Sequence record: SRR20825019_2071
Reading direction: 5' to 3' (one strand)
DNA: 53,419 nt
The position numbers and the translations under genes are program-made. The notes under the pieces are model-generated. The model was given only the letters and a program-made list of their open reading frames with translations. It made no database searches and had not been told where the DNA came from. Shown here piece by piece: positions 8,689-17,682 of this stretch. Numbering within the stretch: the first letter of the stretch is position 1; each line of letters begins with the position of its first letter.

Positions 8689-10407
8689 ATGACCAGAATC
8701 GGATTAGCCCTAATTGTATCGTTTCTATCTTTTACGGCGCTCTCTCAAGAAATCAAAAAAGAAAACCTCAGTAAAATGACTAGCGTCTACTGGGATTTTA
8801 ATAAACTTCAAATTCAGGCCAAAGGAAAATACTATGTAGACAAACTTGGTGAAACCACCGAGAAACATGGTAAATGGCTTTATTTTGACCGATTGGGAGA
8901 ACTTGAAGAGGAACGAAATTACTATCGAGACATGCTCTATGGTGAAGTGATTCTTTTCTATCCAAACGGGAAAAAGCGTCAGCAAGGATATTTCAAGAAT
9001 GATCGTCAGGATAGCGTTTACCGCGAGTGGTATGAAACTGGGAATCTAAAAACGGAAGGAAACTTCATTAATGGCGTGGAGATCGGACACTGGAAACACT
9101 ATTACGTTGATGGCTCTGTGAAGTCTGTAGAAGAAGTTAAAGGAGAAGACCGCTACGTTTGGGAGTTCTATTTGCGAGATTCGCTACATACTCAGTTGAT
9201 CAAAGACGGAGATGGTGAGTACCTTACATACTTCACTACAGGGCAAGTAAAAGAATGGTATAACTACAAAAATGGACTAAAGAATGGCTCGTTTGAGGAA
9301 TTCAGCATTTATGGGTATAACGTTCTTAAAGGAAATTTTGAAGATGGACAGAAGGACGGAACATGGGAATATTTCTATTACACTGGCGACAAAGAAAAAG
9401 TAAGTAATTACAAGAAAGATGTGCTGGATGGTTCGTATGAATATTTCTACGACAACGGAAAAACGAACGTTAAGGGGCAATACAAGGACGGCAAGAAAAG
9501 TGGTCAATGGACGTGGTACACGAACCAAGGGAATCGGGATATGCAAGGCGGATTTAAAAATGACTTGCAAGATGGCGATTGGACGTATTGGTACCCAACA
9601 GGAGAAGTTTCATATAACGCGAAATTTAAAGAAGGAAAGAAAACAGGACAGTGGACGTATTTCTATCTGAATGGAAAAAAGTTTAAGGAAGGCACGTTTG
9701 CGAATGATGAGAAAAATGGAATGTGGAGAACATGGTATGAAGACGAAACGCTTCTCATGGAAGGAAACTATCTAAACGGTAAAGAGCAGGGAGAATGGCT
9801 CAACTATTGGGAAAGCGGTGAGCTGAAAAACAAAGGGAATTTCTCAAAAGGAATGCTAGACGGTGAATGGAAGTCATACTACCCGAACGGAAAATTAAAG
9901 CTCGATGGAAAGTACCAAGATGAGCTGAAGTCGGGAGAATGGACCGAGTATTTTGACAACGGAAAAGTGAAAGATATTCAAACGTATAAACTCTTCAAGA
10001 AGAAATCAAAGTTAGACTTTGCGCCATTAATGAAAGATCACGTGGTGATGGAAAGTAAACTTCACGGTCATTCTGAGTCCTATTCTGGTGCTGATTATCG
10101 CCTTACGGAAGAAGGTGATTACAAGGAAGGCTTGAAGCACGGTGAGTGGATCGCGTATCATCAAGGAGGGAAAAATCCAGCAGTTATAACTTCCTACAAG
10201 GAAGGAAAACTCGATGGAAGCATGAAAACGTTTAGTAGACGTGGAAAGTTATTGCAAGAAACGGAGTACAAAAACGGATTGAAACACGGTAAATTTGTGA
10301 TCTACGATAGCCGCGGAAAAGTAGTGAAAGAGATGAAGTTCAGCGAAGGAATGCAGATCATTGAAGGAACTACAGGCGGTGGCGGAAGTTTCTCTCCAGG
10401 AAGGTAA
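8689..10407 (+). CDS. Exported MORN-variant (YwqK-like) repeat protein
   Basis: Signal peptide followed by many ~24-aa G.W..YY.NG......G.Y..G repeats. Confidence 0.88.
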   Translation: MTRIGLALIVSFLSFTALSQEIKKENLSKMTSVYWDFNKLQIQAKGKYYVDKLGETTEKHGKWLYFDRLGELEEERNYYRDMLYGEVILFYPNGKKRQQGYFKNDRQDSVYREWYETGNLKTEGNFINGVEIGHWKHYYVDGSVKSVEEVKGEDRYVWEFYLRDSLHTQLIKDGDGEYLTYFTTGQVKEWYNYKNGLKNGSFEEFSIYGYNVLKGNFEDGQKDGTWEYFYYTGDKEKVSNYKKDVLDGSYEYFYDNGKTNVKGQYKDGKKSGQWTWYTNQGNRDMQGGFKNDLQDGDWTYWYPTGEVSYNAKFKEGKKTGQWTYFYLNGKKFKEGTFANDEKNGMWRTWYEDETLLMEGNYLNGKEQGEWLNYWESGELKNKGNFSKGMLDGEWKSYYPNGKLKLDGKYQDELKSGEWTEYFDNGKVKDIQTYKLFKKKSKLDFAPLMKDHVVMESKLHGHSESYSGADYRLTEEGDYKEGLKHGEWIAYHQGGKNPAVITSYKEGKLDGSMKTFSRRGKLLQETEYKNGLKHGKFVIYDSRGKVVKEMKFSEGMQIIEGTTGGGGSFSPGR

Positions 10408-10492
10408 GTAAAATAATTTTACATTTGAAGTTTAACCTATTCGAGTAAATCAATTAAATTTAAGTACGTTTTTTAACCCTAAATTCAACTAA

Positions 10493-10954
10493 ATGTCAAA
10501 ATTCAGAATACTTCCCATCGTTGCGTTATTGCTCGCGATAACCCCGCTTCAAAGTTGTAAGAAAAAAGGATGTACCGATAATCTTGCGGAGAACTACGAA
10601 TCAAAAGCAAAAAAAGACGATGGTTCTTGTACGTATGCAGCAACGAAATTTTTCGGAACATATACAAGTACAAAATCGTGTACGTATGAACCAAATTCTA
10701 CTTTCACAATGACGATCAGTGAAGGTCCTGAAAAAAATCAAGTTCTAATTTCCAACTTCGGTGATTTTGGTCTTACGCTTCGAGCAACTGTAAACGGAGG
10801 AAATTTGACTTTCAAAGATAACGATCAAGATGCAACGTTTGAAGGAACGGGGTACATCGTTGGAAACAATCTTACATTGAATTTTGAGGTGTGCGAGACA
10901 TTTTACTATCCTTGCTCCGACCCAGATGTATGCATCGCGACAGGAACAAAATAA
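10493..10954 (+). CDS. Hypothetical lipoprotein with a GCTD-x-A-x-NY...DDGSC motif
   Basis: Lipobox-like LQSC followed by KKKGCTDNLAENYESKAKKDDGSCTY. Confidence 0.8.
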   Translation: MSKFRILPIVALLLAITPLQSCKKKGCTDNLAENYESKAKKDDGSCTYAATKFFGTYTSTKSCTYEPNSTFTMTISEGPEKNQVLISNFGDFGLTLRATVNGGNLTFKDNDQDATFEGTGYIVGNNLTLNFEVCETFYYPCSDPDVCIATGTK

Positions 10955-10980
10955 AGAAGGCAAAAAAATAAATGATAATC

Positions 10981-11005
10981 AAGGCGGCAATTTGTCGCCT
11001 TTTTT
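10981..11005 (+). terminator. Intrinsic terminator
   Basis: AAGGCGGCAA-T-TTGTCGCCTT stem plus T tract. Confidence 0.75.
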
Positions 11006-11063
11006 GTGATGTAATAACTAAGATAGTATACAGAGTGATCTAATACCGAAGGGAATCCAGTCT

Positions 11064-11669
11064 TTAACCAGCTCCACCATCAAATAGAACGGTCACATTA
11101 CTTGAGAAAAGTTTAATGGCAATAGCCAATAGAATAATTCCGAATACTTTTTTCAAAATCGCAATTCCTCCAGGTCCAAGTGCGCGCTCAATCACTTTAG
11201 TCATTTTCAATACCACTAAAACAATCAAGGCGTTGATCGTAATTGCCAAGACAATATTTATTTCGGCAAACTCCGCCTTTAGAGAAATAATGGAAGTCAT
11301 CGTTCCAGCTCCAGCAATAATTGGAAAAGCAAGTGGAACAATGCTCGCGGTTTTTCCTGAAACTTCATCACGAAACAAGCGAACACCAAGAATCATTTCA
11401 AGTGACATCGCAAAAAGGATAATAGAACCAGCGACCGCAAAAGCTTCAACCGTTACGCCGAATAGTTTTAAAATCTCATCTCCAACGATCAAGAATCCAA
11501 TCATAATCCCAAAGGAAACCGCCGTTGCGCGCAAGGGATGTAAATCTCCAGACTGCTCTTTTAATTTAATAATAATCGGAATCGATCCCACAATGTCAAT
11601 TACAGCAAACAATACCATGCTCGCCTTGAACAGTTCTGAACCGTTAAAAGCATTAAAAAACTCTGTCAT
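11064..11669 (-). CDS. MarC family inner-membrane protein
   Basis: LFAVIDIVGSIP, AFAVAGSIILF, IVPLAFPIIAGAG, KVFGIILLAIA. Confidence 0.92.
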   Translation of the reverse strand: MTEFFNAFNGSELFKASMVLFAVIDIVGSIPIIIKLKEQSGDLHPLRATAVSFGIMIGFLIVGDEILKLFGVTVEAFAVAGSIILFAMSLEMILGVRLFRDEVSGKTASIVPLAFPIIAGAGTMTSIISLKAEFAEINIVLAITINALIVLVVLKMTKVIERALGPGGIAILKKVFGIILLAIAIKLFSSNVTVLFDGGAG

Positions 11670-12244
11670 AATCTATTGTTTATGGTGTGTTCAACTACAC
11701 ATGGAAGATAGCTCTGCTCGAGAATGTGAATTTTCTTCGCTACAGAATCGGCTGTATCTGTGGGGGTAACTTGACAATGAAACTGAGCGATAATCTCTCC
11801 CTTATCGAATTCCTCATTTACATAATGAACCGTAATTCCTGTGCGCGATTCCTTAGCTTCCACAACGGCTTGGTGAACGTTCATTCCGTACATCCCTTTT
11901 CCGCCGAAATGTGGCAATAGAGATGGATGAAGATTAATAATTCGTGAGTTATACGCAGCAATAAACGGGGAAGGAACTTTTCGTAAATATCCTGCAAGCA
12001 TGATCCAATCTACATTTTCGCTTTTGCAAAGATGAATGAGTGTTTCCGATTCTGAAACTTCCTCGTTGGAATAAAAATAGGTTGAAATGCCTTCATCCTT
12101 AGCTGTTTCTAATACTTTTGCATCTGATTTATTGCTCATTACGAATGCAATTTCTATCACAGGATGATTTTTGAAGAATCGAATAAGATTCATCGCGTTA
12201 CTTCCTGTGCCTGATGCAAAAATACCGATCCGCTGTTTTTCCAT
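11666..12244 (-). CDS. purN: Phosphoribosylglycinamide formyltransferase (start reassigned to ATG 12244)
   Basis: FASGTGSN, LAGYL, INLHPSLLP.FGGKGMYG, TGITVHYVNEEFDKG; TACCTTTG promoter at 12249-12256 lies inside the longer ORF call. Confidence 0.95.
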   Translation of the reverse strand: MEKQRIGIFASGTGSNAMNLIRFFKNHPVIEIAFVMSNKSDAKVLETAKDEGISTYFYSNEEVSESETLIHLCKSENVDWIMLAGYLRKVPSPFIAAYNSRIINLHPSLLPHFGGKGMYGMNVHQAVVEAKESRTGITVHYVNEEFDKGEIIAQFHCQVTPTDTADSVAKKIHILEQSYLPCVVEHTINNRL

Positions 12245-12352
12245 GCCGCAAAGGTAGAAAGTATGGCGCAAATCATTGCACTCTAAAACGTGAAATGTAA
12301 TTTTATCAGCTTTAGGTAGTAACTTTTTGCCCTTTGTGCATTTATATCACGT

Positions 12353-13993
12353 ATGCCTATGAAAACGATTTACTTTTTCCTCTTCCTAACGCTAAATAGT
12401 TTCGCTGTTTTTTCTCAAACATCCACGCGAATTGATAGGTTGATTTCGAAGGAACGCCAAACGATGGACAAATTAATTATCGAGAATGGTTCAACGATAA
12501 CTGTATTACCTTCCAAGTTCTCCAACAATCAACTAACATTTTCAAATCAAGTAAATCAACTTCAGGAACTTACGATTGTGAAGGTTTATTACGTTTACAC
12601 CCGCTACCGTCAAAGTGCTTCTTTCGATCAGCGAGCATTGGATAGAACCCGGTTTTCGAGTCTTCAAAAAGCCTTTCCAACTCTCGTTTCTGATCCATTT
12701 ATTGAGTGGGAAATAATTGAACAAACAGGATGCGAATCTGCGGAAGATGGACAGTCATTTTTTCACGGATTCGTACTCGTCCATCGTCCTGAACCGAGCA
12801 GCGACGAATATGCTTCGGAAGCGGAGCGTTTGAAAGAGTACTTGAAAAATCCAACAAACGAATTTGGTGAACCGGAAATTGATAAGGTGAAGTCTCAGTT
12901 GAGTCAATCGCCAACGGCTGAAGTGATAAAAGAAAAGGCCGTTGAGAAGTCATTGTCTGGTCCAACGCGATATAAAGAGGGAAACAAGGCGCTCATGAAT
13001 GATCTGAAAGCGGGTTTTCTAAGCGATAAAGAAATGGTGACTAAAAGAACCGATAAATGGGTAAATGTTCGCTTTGCGGTAACGAAAGACAGTATAATTG
13101 AAAATATTCAGTTTGATCCAAGCACGCCAGCAAATCTTCAAGCAACCGTTGAAAGGACGTTACTTGATCTGAAGAAATGGATTCCAGCAAAAGATTCAGG
13201 AAAGGATAAAGACACAATTATCGCTTTGGAAGTCCGCGTATCTTATTCTCCAGATGTAAGCGGGATGTTCACCATTAATGGGAGTAGACCAATTTTTGAG
13301 TTAGAACAAAATACGGTTGTAGAAGTTCCAAAACCCGATAATTCGTATGCAGAGTTGCAACAGACGCGGCTAAATTCAAGCACGGTTTACAAAGGAATGG
13401 AGCAATTGGATCACTCAACACGGTTTGGGCTTGTGATGGACGTGACGGGAAGTATGTCTGGAAATGTTGCAGCGATGAAAAGATGGATCGAATTTCGAAA
13501 CGATTCAACTACGTTTACAAGTTTAAGTTTCTTCAATGATGGTGATGGAAGGGCTACGAGGTTGAAAAAAATAGGATCAACAGGCGGAATTTACACCACC
13601 CGCTTTGAAAAAGAAATGAATAATACGATCGAATTCGCCATGAAAAAAGGAAGCGGTGGAGAACGTTCGGAAAGTGACTTCGAGGCAATCCTCCATGTGC
13701 AAAAGAATGATTCGCTTTGTACGGAAATTGTGCTTATCGCGGATAATTATTCAGAAGTACGAGACACTGAATTGCTCAACCAAATAAAACTGCCCGTAAC
13801 AATTGTAATCTGCGCTGCGCCAAACGGTGTTCGTGAAGAATATGTCAATCTCGCCCGACATTCAAGAGGAAAAATCATCTACTACGGAGAAGTTATTGAT
13901 GTAAACAGCATCGCTTCAGGGCAGGTGCTTAACATAGGATCAGCGAGTTATTCGTTTAATGGCAAAGTGTTTAAACTAATCGATAAAGATTAA
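12353..13993 (+). CDS. Exported protein with a TonB-C-like middle region and a C-terminal vWA-like domain
   Basis: Signal peptide; VNVRFAVTKD...LKKWIPAK (TonB-C-like); FGLVMDVTGSM MIDAS-like motif, ESDFEAI, IVLIADN. Confidence 0.65.
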   Translation: MPMKTIYFFLFLTLNSFAVFSQTSTRIDRLISKERQTMDKLIIENGSTITVLPSKFSNNQLTFSNQVNQLQELTIVKVYYVYTRYRQSASFDQRALDRTRFSSLQKAFPTLVSDPFIEWEIIEQTGCESAEDGQSFFHGFVLVHRPEPSSDEYASEAERLKEYLKNPTNEFGEPEIDKVKSQLSQSPTAEVIKEKAVEKSLSGPTRYKEGNKALMNDLKAGFLSDKEMVTKRTDKWVNVRFAVTKDSIIENIQFDPSTPANLQATVERTLLDLKKWIPAKDSGKDKDTIIALEVRVSYSPDVSGMFTINGSRPIFELEQNTVVEVPKPDNSYAELQQTRLNSSTVYKGMEQLDHSTRFGLVMDVTGSMSGNVAAMKRWIEFRNDSTTFTSLSFFNDGDGRATRLKKIGSTGGIYTTRFEKEMNNTIEFAMKKGSGGERSESDFEAILHVQKNDSLCTEIVLIADNYSEVRDTELLNQIKLPVTIVICAAPNGVREEYVNLARHSRGKIIYYGEVIDVNSIASGQVLNIGSASYSFNGKVFKLIDKD

Positions 13994-14123
13994 TCAAATA
14001 GGTCATTTCAGTATTTTTTAGGACGCACATTTTTTGTCGTTCGTTTTTTCTATAAAATAATTAACGGCTGCGAAGGTTAGTTAAAAAGATGTCGTCAAAT
14101 GATTAAATAAATCATACTGTATT

Positions 14124-16394
14124 ATGAATAAACTATTAATTGGCGCTTTAATGTTCTTTTTCTGCCAAAACTCTTTTGCTCAGTCGTTCTACGATGAGTC
14201 TACAATTCAAACCATAGAAATCACATTTGCACAAAACAATTGGGATCAGCTCTTGGACAACGCATACGCATCTACGGGTGATTATATTATGGCCACGAGC
14301 GTTACAATTAACGGGACTGTGTTCGACAGTGTAGGAGTTAAGTACAAAGGAAACAGTACATATACAGCGAATCAAGTAAAAAATCCCTTTCACATAGAAT
14401 TGGATACCTACAAGGAACAAGATTATCAAGGTTATGCCGACATCAAACTAAGCAATGTTAAAAATGATCCATCCTTCGTTCGAGAAGTATTGTCTTACAA
14501 AATTGGACGTCAATATATGGACGCGCCATTATCGAACTACGCTACTGTGCGCGTAAATGGAACATTGATCGGCTTGTATGTTAGTTCAGAATCAGTTTCA
14601 AAGACCTTCTTAAAAAGTCATTTCGACAGCAAGAACAACACATTTGTAAAGTGTAATCCACCAGCAGGGGCAGGACCAGGAACGAATGATTATCCGAACC
14701 TCGTTTATTTGGGAACAGATAGTCTCCTTTATTATGATGCCTATGAGTTGAAGTCTGATTTCGGTTGGAACGAACTCATTAATTTATGCGATACCCTCAA
14801 AAACAATACAGCCGTTGTTTCAGAAATTTTGGATGTAGACCGTGCATTGTGGATGCTCGCATTTGACAATGTGTTGGTGAATTTGGACAGCTATCTTGGT
14901 GCGTTTGCCCAGAATTATTACCTGTATCGTGACGATTTTGACCGCTTCATTCCAATTATTTGGGATCTAAATGAGTCATTCGGAAAATTCTCAATGTTGG
15001 GCTCAGGAAGCTTAAACAGTACAGCGCAAAAGCAACAAATGAGTCATCTTTTAAACGCAACAGATGCCAATTATCCACTTGTTTCCAAATTATTAGACAA
15101 TCCAATGTATAAACGAATGTACTTGGCACACGTCAAGACCATTTTATTGGAAAATTTCAGCAATAATTCATACTTCACTTCAGCACAAGCGATGCAAACA
15201 ACCATTGATGCAGCCGTACAAGCCGATCCGAACAAGTTTTATACGTATGCTAATTTCACCTCGAACTTAACTACCGATATTGGCGGTGGACCTGGCCCAG
15301 GCGGTGCATCAACTCCAGGAATTACGAATTTAATGAATGCGCGATCAACTTATTTGTTGAGTCAAAGCGATTTTACACAAACGGAGCCAACTATTTCTAA
15401 TATCGTTGTGTCTAATTCAACACCAAACTTAAATGAGGTTATTGATTTTACGACAGATGTTGCTAATGGTCCTACCGTTTATTTTGGATATAGAACTCAG
15501 GCTTATGCGCCATTCGAAAGAATTGTAATGTTCGATGACGGCTTACATAACGATGGAGCTGCAAACGACGGAAAATTTGGTGTTAGTGCAACGATGTCTA
15601 CGGCCTTTTTCCAATACTACATCTATGCTGAAAACACAGGGATTGGTAAGTTCTCTCCAGTTCGAGCAGAGCATGAGTATTACAGTTTAAGCTTGGCTGT
15701 TGTTCCAGCAGGAGATATAGTAATTAATGAGTTACTTGCTTCAAATAGCACAATTCAAGTCGATCAGGACGGAGAATTCGATGATTGGATTGAAATTCAT
15801 AATAACACAAGCAACTCGGTTGATTTATCAAACTATTATTTAACGGATGACGCAACAAATTTAACGCAGTGGCAATTTCCTTCTGGAACGTCTATCCCTG
15901 CAAATGGCTACTTGATCGTTTGGGCAGATAATGATCTATTGCAAACTGGATTACATGCCAACTTCAAACTTTCAGCATCTGGAGAAACACTTTATCTGAT
16001 GAACGGTACAGCCATTGCCGATCAAATTACGTTTGGTGTCCAAACTACAGATATCTCGTATGGTCGATATCCAAATGGAACGGGATCCTTCGCAACAATG
16101 ATTCCAACGTATTCCGCATTAAATAATAACGCATTGTCAACTCCAAATGTTGAAGCAGAGGAGTATACGATTGTTTTGTTTCCAAACCCAACTTCAACTA
16201 GTTTTGAATTGAAAGGCTGTCCAATAGAATGGTCAGGTAAAAACCTTTCAGTGTATAGTGCCGATGGGCGGGAAGTATACAGTAACCAATACCAAGACAA
16301 TTTAGTGATCGATGTTCAAGAATGGAATCAAGGGATTTACTTTTTGAAATTGGAAGATTACAGCACGAAAATTCGCGTGATCAACGGAATGTAA
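14124..16394 (+). CDS. CotH kinase family protein with lamin-tail domain and T9SS type-A CTD
   Basis: VGVKYKGNST, DPSFVREVLSY, NYYLY..IIWDLNESFG; VINELLASN...DWIEIHN (LTD); LFPNPT...GIYFLK. Confidence 0.9.
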   Translation: MNKLLIGALMFFFCQNSFAQSFYDESTIQTIEITFAQNNWDQLLDNAYASTGDYIMATSVTINGTVFDSVGVKYKGNSTYTANQVKNPFHIELDTYKEQDYQGYADIKLSNVKNDPSFVREVLSYKIGRQYMDAPLSNYATVRVNGTLIGLYVSSESVSKTFLKSHFDSKNNTFVKCNPPAGAGPGTNDYPNLVYLGTDSLLYYDAYELKSDFGWNELINLCDTLKNNTAVVSEILDVDRALWMLAFDNVLVNLDSYLGAFAQNYYLYRDDFDRFIPIIWDLNESFGKFSMLGSGSLNSTAQKQQMSHLLNATDANYPLVSKLLDNPMYKRMYLAHVKTILLENFSNNSYFTSAQAMQTTIDAAVQADPNKFYTYANFTSNLTTDIGGGPGPGGASTPGITNLMNARSTYLLSQSDFTQTEPTISNIVVSNSTPNLNEVIDFTTDVANGPTVYFGYRTQAYAPFERIVMFDDGLHNDGAANDGKFGVSATMSTAFFQYYIYAENTGIGKFSPVRAEHEYYSLSLAVVPAGDIVINELLASNSTIQVDQDGEFDDWIEIHNNTSNSVDLSNYYLTDDATNLTQWQFPSGTSIPANGYLIVWADNDLLQTGLHANFKLSASGETLYLMNGTAIADQITFGVQTTDISYGRYPNGTGSFATMIPTYSALNNNALSTPNVEAEEYTIVLFPNPTSTSFELKGCPIEWSGKNLSVYSADGREVYSNQYQDNLVIDVQEWNQGIYFLKLEDYSTKIRVINGM

Positions 16395-16419
16395 TAGAAA
16401 AAGCATAATACAGTGATAG

Positions 16420-16454
16420 AACGGGCATGCGTCAATTGACAATTGCCCGTTTTT
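16420..16454 (+). terminator. Intrinsic terminator
   Basis: AACGGGCA/TGCCCGTT stem plus T tract downstream of the CotH gene. Confidence 0.7.
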
Positions 16455-16669
16455 CGTTTAAGAGCCTTCTAAGGACGTAAAACTATTCAAACCATAAATT
16501 TACTGTGTGGAGCAATTTCGTCAGTACAAGCGCTCGTATGAGTCGAAATTGACTCTTATTTCAACCTATTACGTCTGGAAATTCATTTGATTACTCTTCT
16601 CGTTTGGTGCAATACGCCAGAAAACCGACCGTTTCATTATCTTAGAACCCTCAACAGCAAGATGTAGAT

Positions 16670-17344
16670 ATGTCAGAAACGAAGCACCCATTCATCAAGT
16701 ACCATAGAGAAATGTATTCCGATCACGAAATGATTCGGCGATCTGAGGAATTTTATACTTGGGCAGATGAGCGAAGATCTGTGCGGGATTTCTCAGACAA
16801 ACCCGTTCCGAAGGAAGTGATGGAGAATATTTTAATGACCGCTTCAACAGCACCCTCGGGAGCGCACAAACAACCTTGGACGTTTTGTTTGATTTCGAAC
16901 ACGGAATTAAAGAAGAGATTGCGCGCACTGGCAGAAGAGGAAGAGAAAAAATCCTACGATGGTAGAATGAGTGAAGAATGGTTGAAAGACCTAGAGCCGC
17001 TCGGAACTGATTGGCAAAAAGAGTTTATCGACATTGCTCCTTGGATTGTTGTAGTCATGAAAAGAGCCTACGAAATAGGAGAGAATGGTGAGAAAAGAAA
17101 CAATTATTACGTTTCAGAGTCCGTTGGTTTAGCTTCAGGATTTCTATTAATGGCTGTTCATAATGCTGGCTTAGTAGCACTAACGCATACTCCAAGTCCA
17201 ATGAATTTCATCGCAAAAGCCCTTGAAAGACCTGATAATGAACGTCCATTTTTATTAATTCCAGTGGGTCATCCCTCTGAAAGTGCCGAAGTTCCTGACA
17301 TTTATAGGAAATCTAAGGATGAGGTAATTCAATATTATGACTAA
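16670..17344 (+). CDS. Nitroreductase-family flavoprotein, iodotyrosine deiodinase (IYD) subgroup
   Basis: RRSVRDF, APSGAHKQPW, lid EEEEKKSYDGRM..EW..DL..LGTDWQKEF...AP, Y..ESVG, LTHTPSPM. Confidence 0.85.
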   Translation: MSETKHPFIKYHREMYSDHEMIRRSEEFYTWADERRSVRDFSDKPVPKEVMENILMTASTAPSGAHKQPWTFCLISNTELKKRLRALAEEEEKKSYDGRMSEEWLKDLEPLGTDWQKEFIDIAPWIVVVMKRAYEIGENGEKRNNYYVSESVGLASGFLLMAVHNAGLVALTHTPSPMNFIAKALERPDNERPFLLIPVGHPSESAEVPDIYRKSKDEVIQYYD

Positions 17345-17409
17345 TAATTTTGTTTTTTGATAGTTTGTGATTTTCTTTGCGGCTGAATTAACCCTTTAAA
17401 AAAGAAGAA

Positions 17410-17646
17410 ATGTCTGACATTAAATCAAAAGTGATATCTATTATAGTAGATAAGTTGGGTGTTGAAGAAAGTGAAGTAAACAACACTGCTAGCTTCACAA
17501 ACGATCTAGGAGCGGATTCTCTTGACACCGTAGAATTGATTATGGAATTCGAAAAAGAATTCAACATTGCAATTCCAGACGATCAAGCAGAAAACATTCA
17601 AACGGTTGGAGACGCTATCTCGTACATAGAGGCAAACGCGAACTAA
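17410..17646 (+). CDS. acpP: Acyl carrier protein
   Basis: [14 protein letters not shown] phosphopantetheine site. Confidence 0.98.
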   Translation: MSDIKSKVISIIVDKLGVEESEVNNTASFTNDLGADSLDTVELIMEFEKEFNIAIPDDQAENIQTVGDAISYIEANAN

Positions 17647-17682
17647 TCAACATCGAATTCATAGCGAACTAACGAAGCACTT

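Noticed and set aside
8689-10407. Toxin-antitoxin module (YwqK)
   Set aside because: No toxin gene nearby; signal peptide and length fit a repeat scaffold
11116-11769. 217-aa plus-strand ORF
   Set aside because: Antisense shadow of marC/purN with no independent protein features
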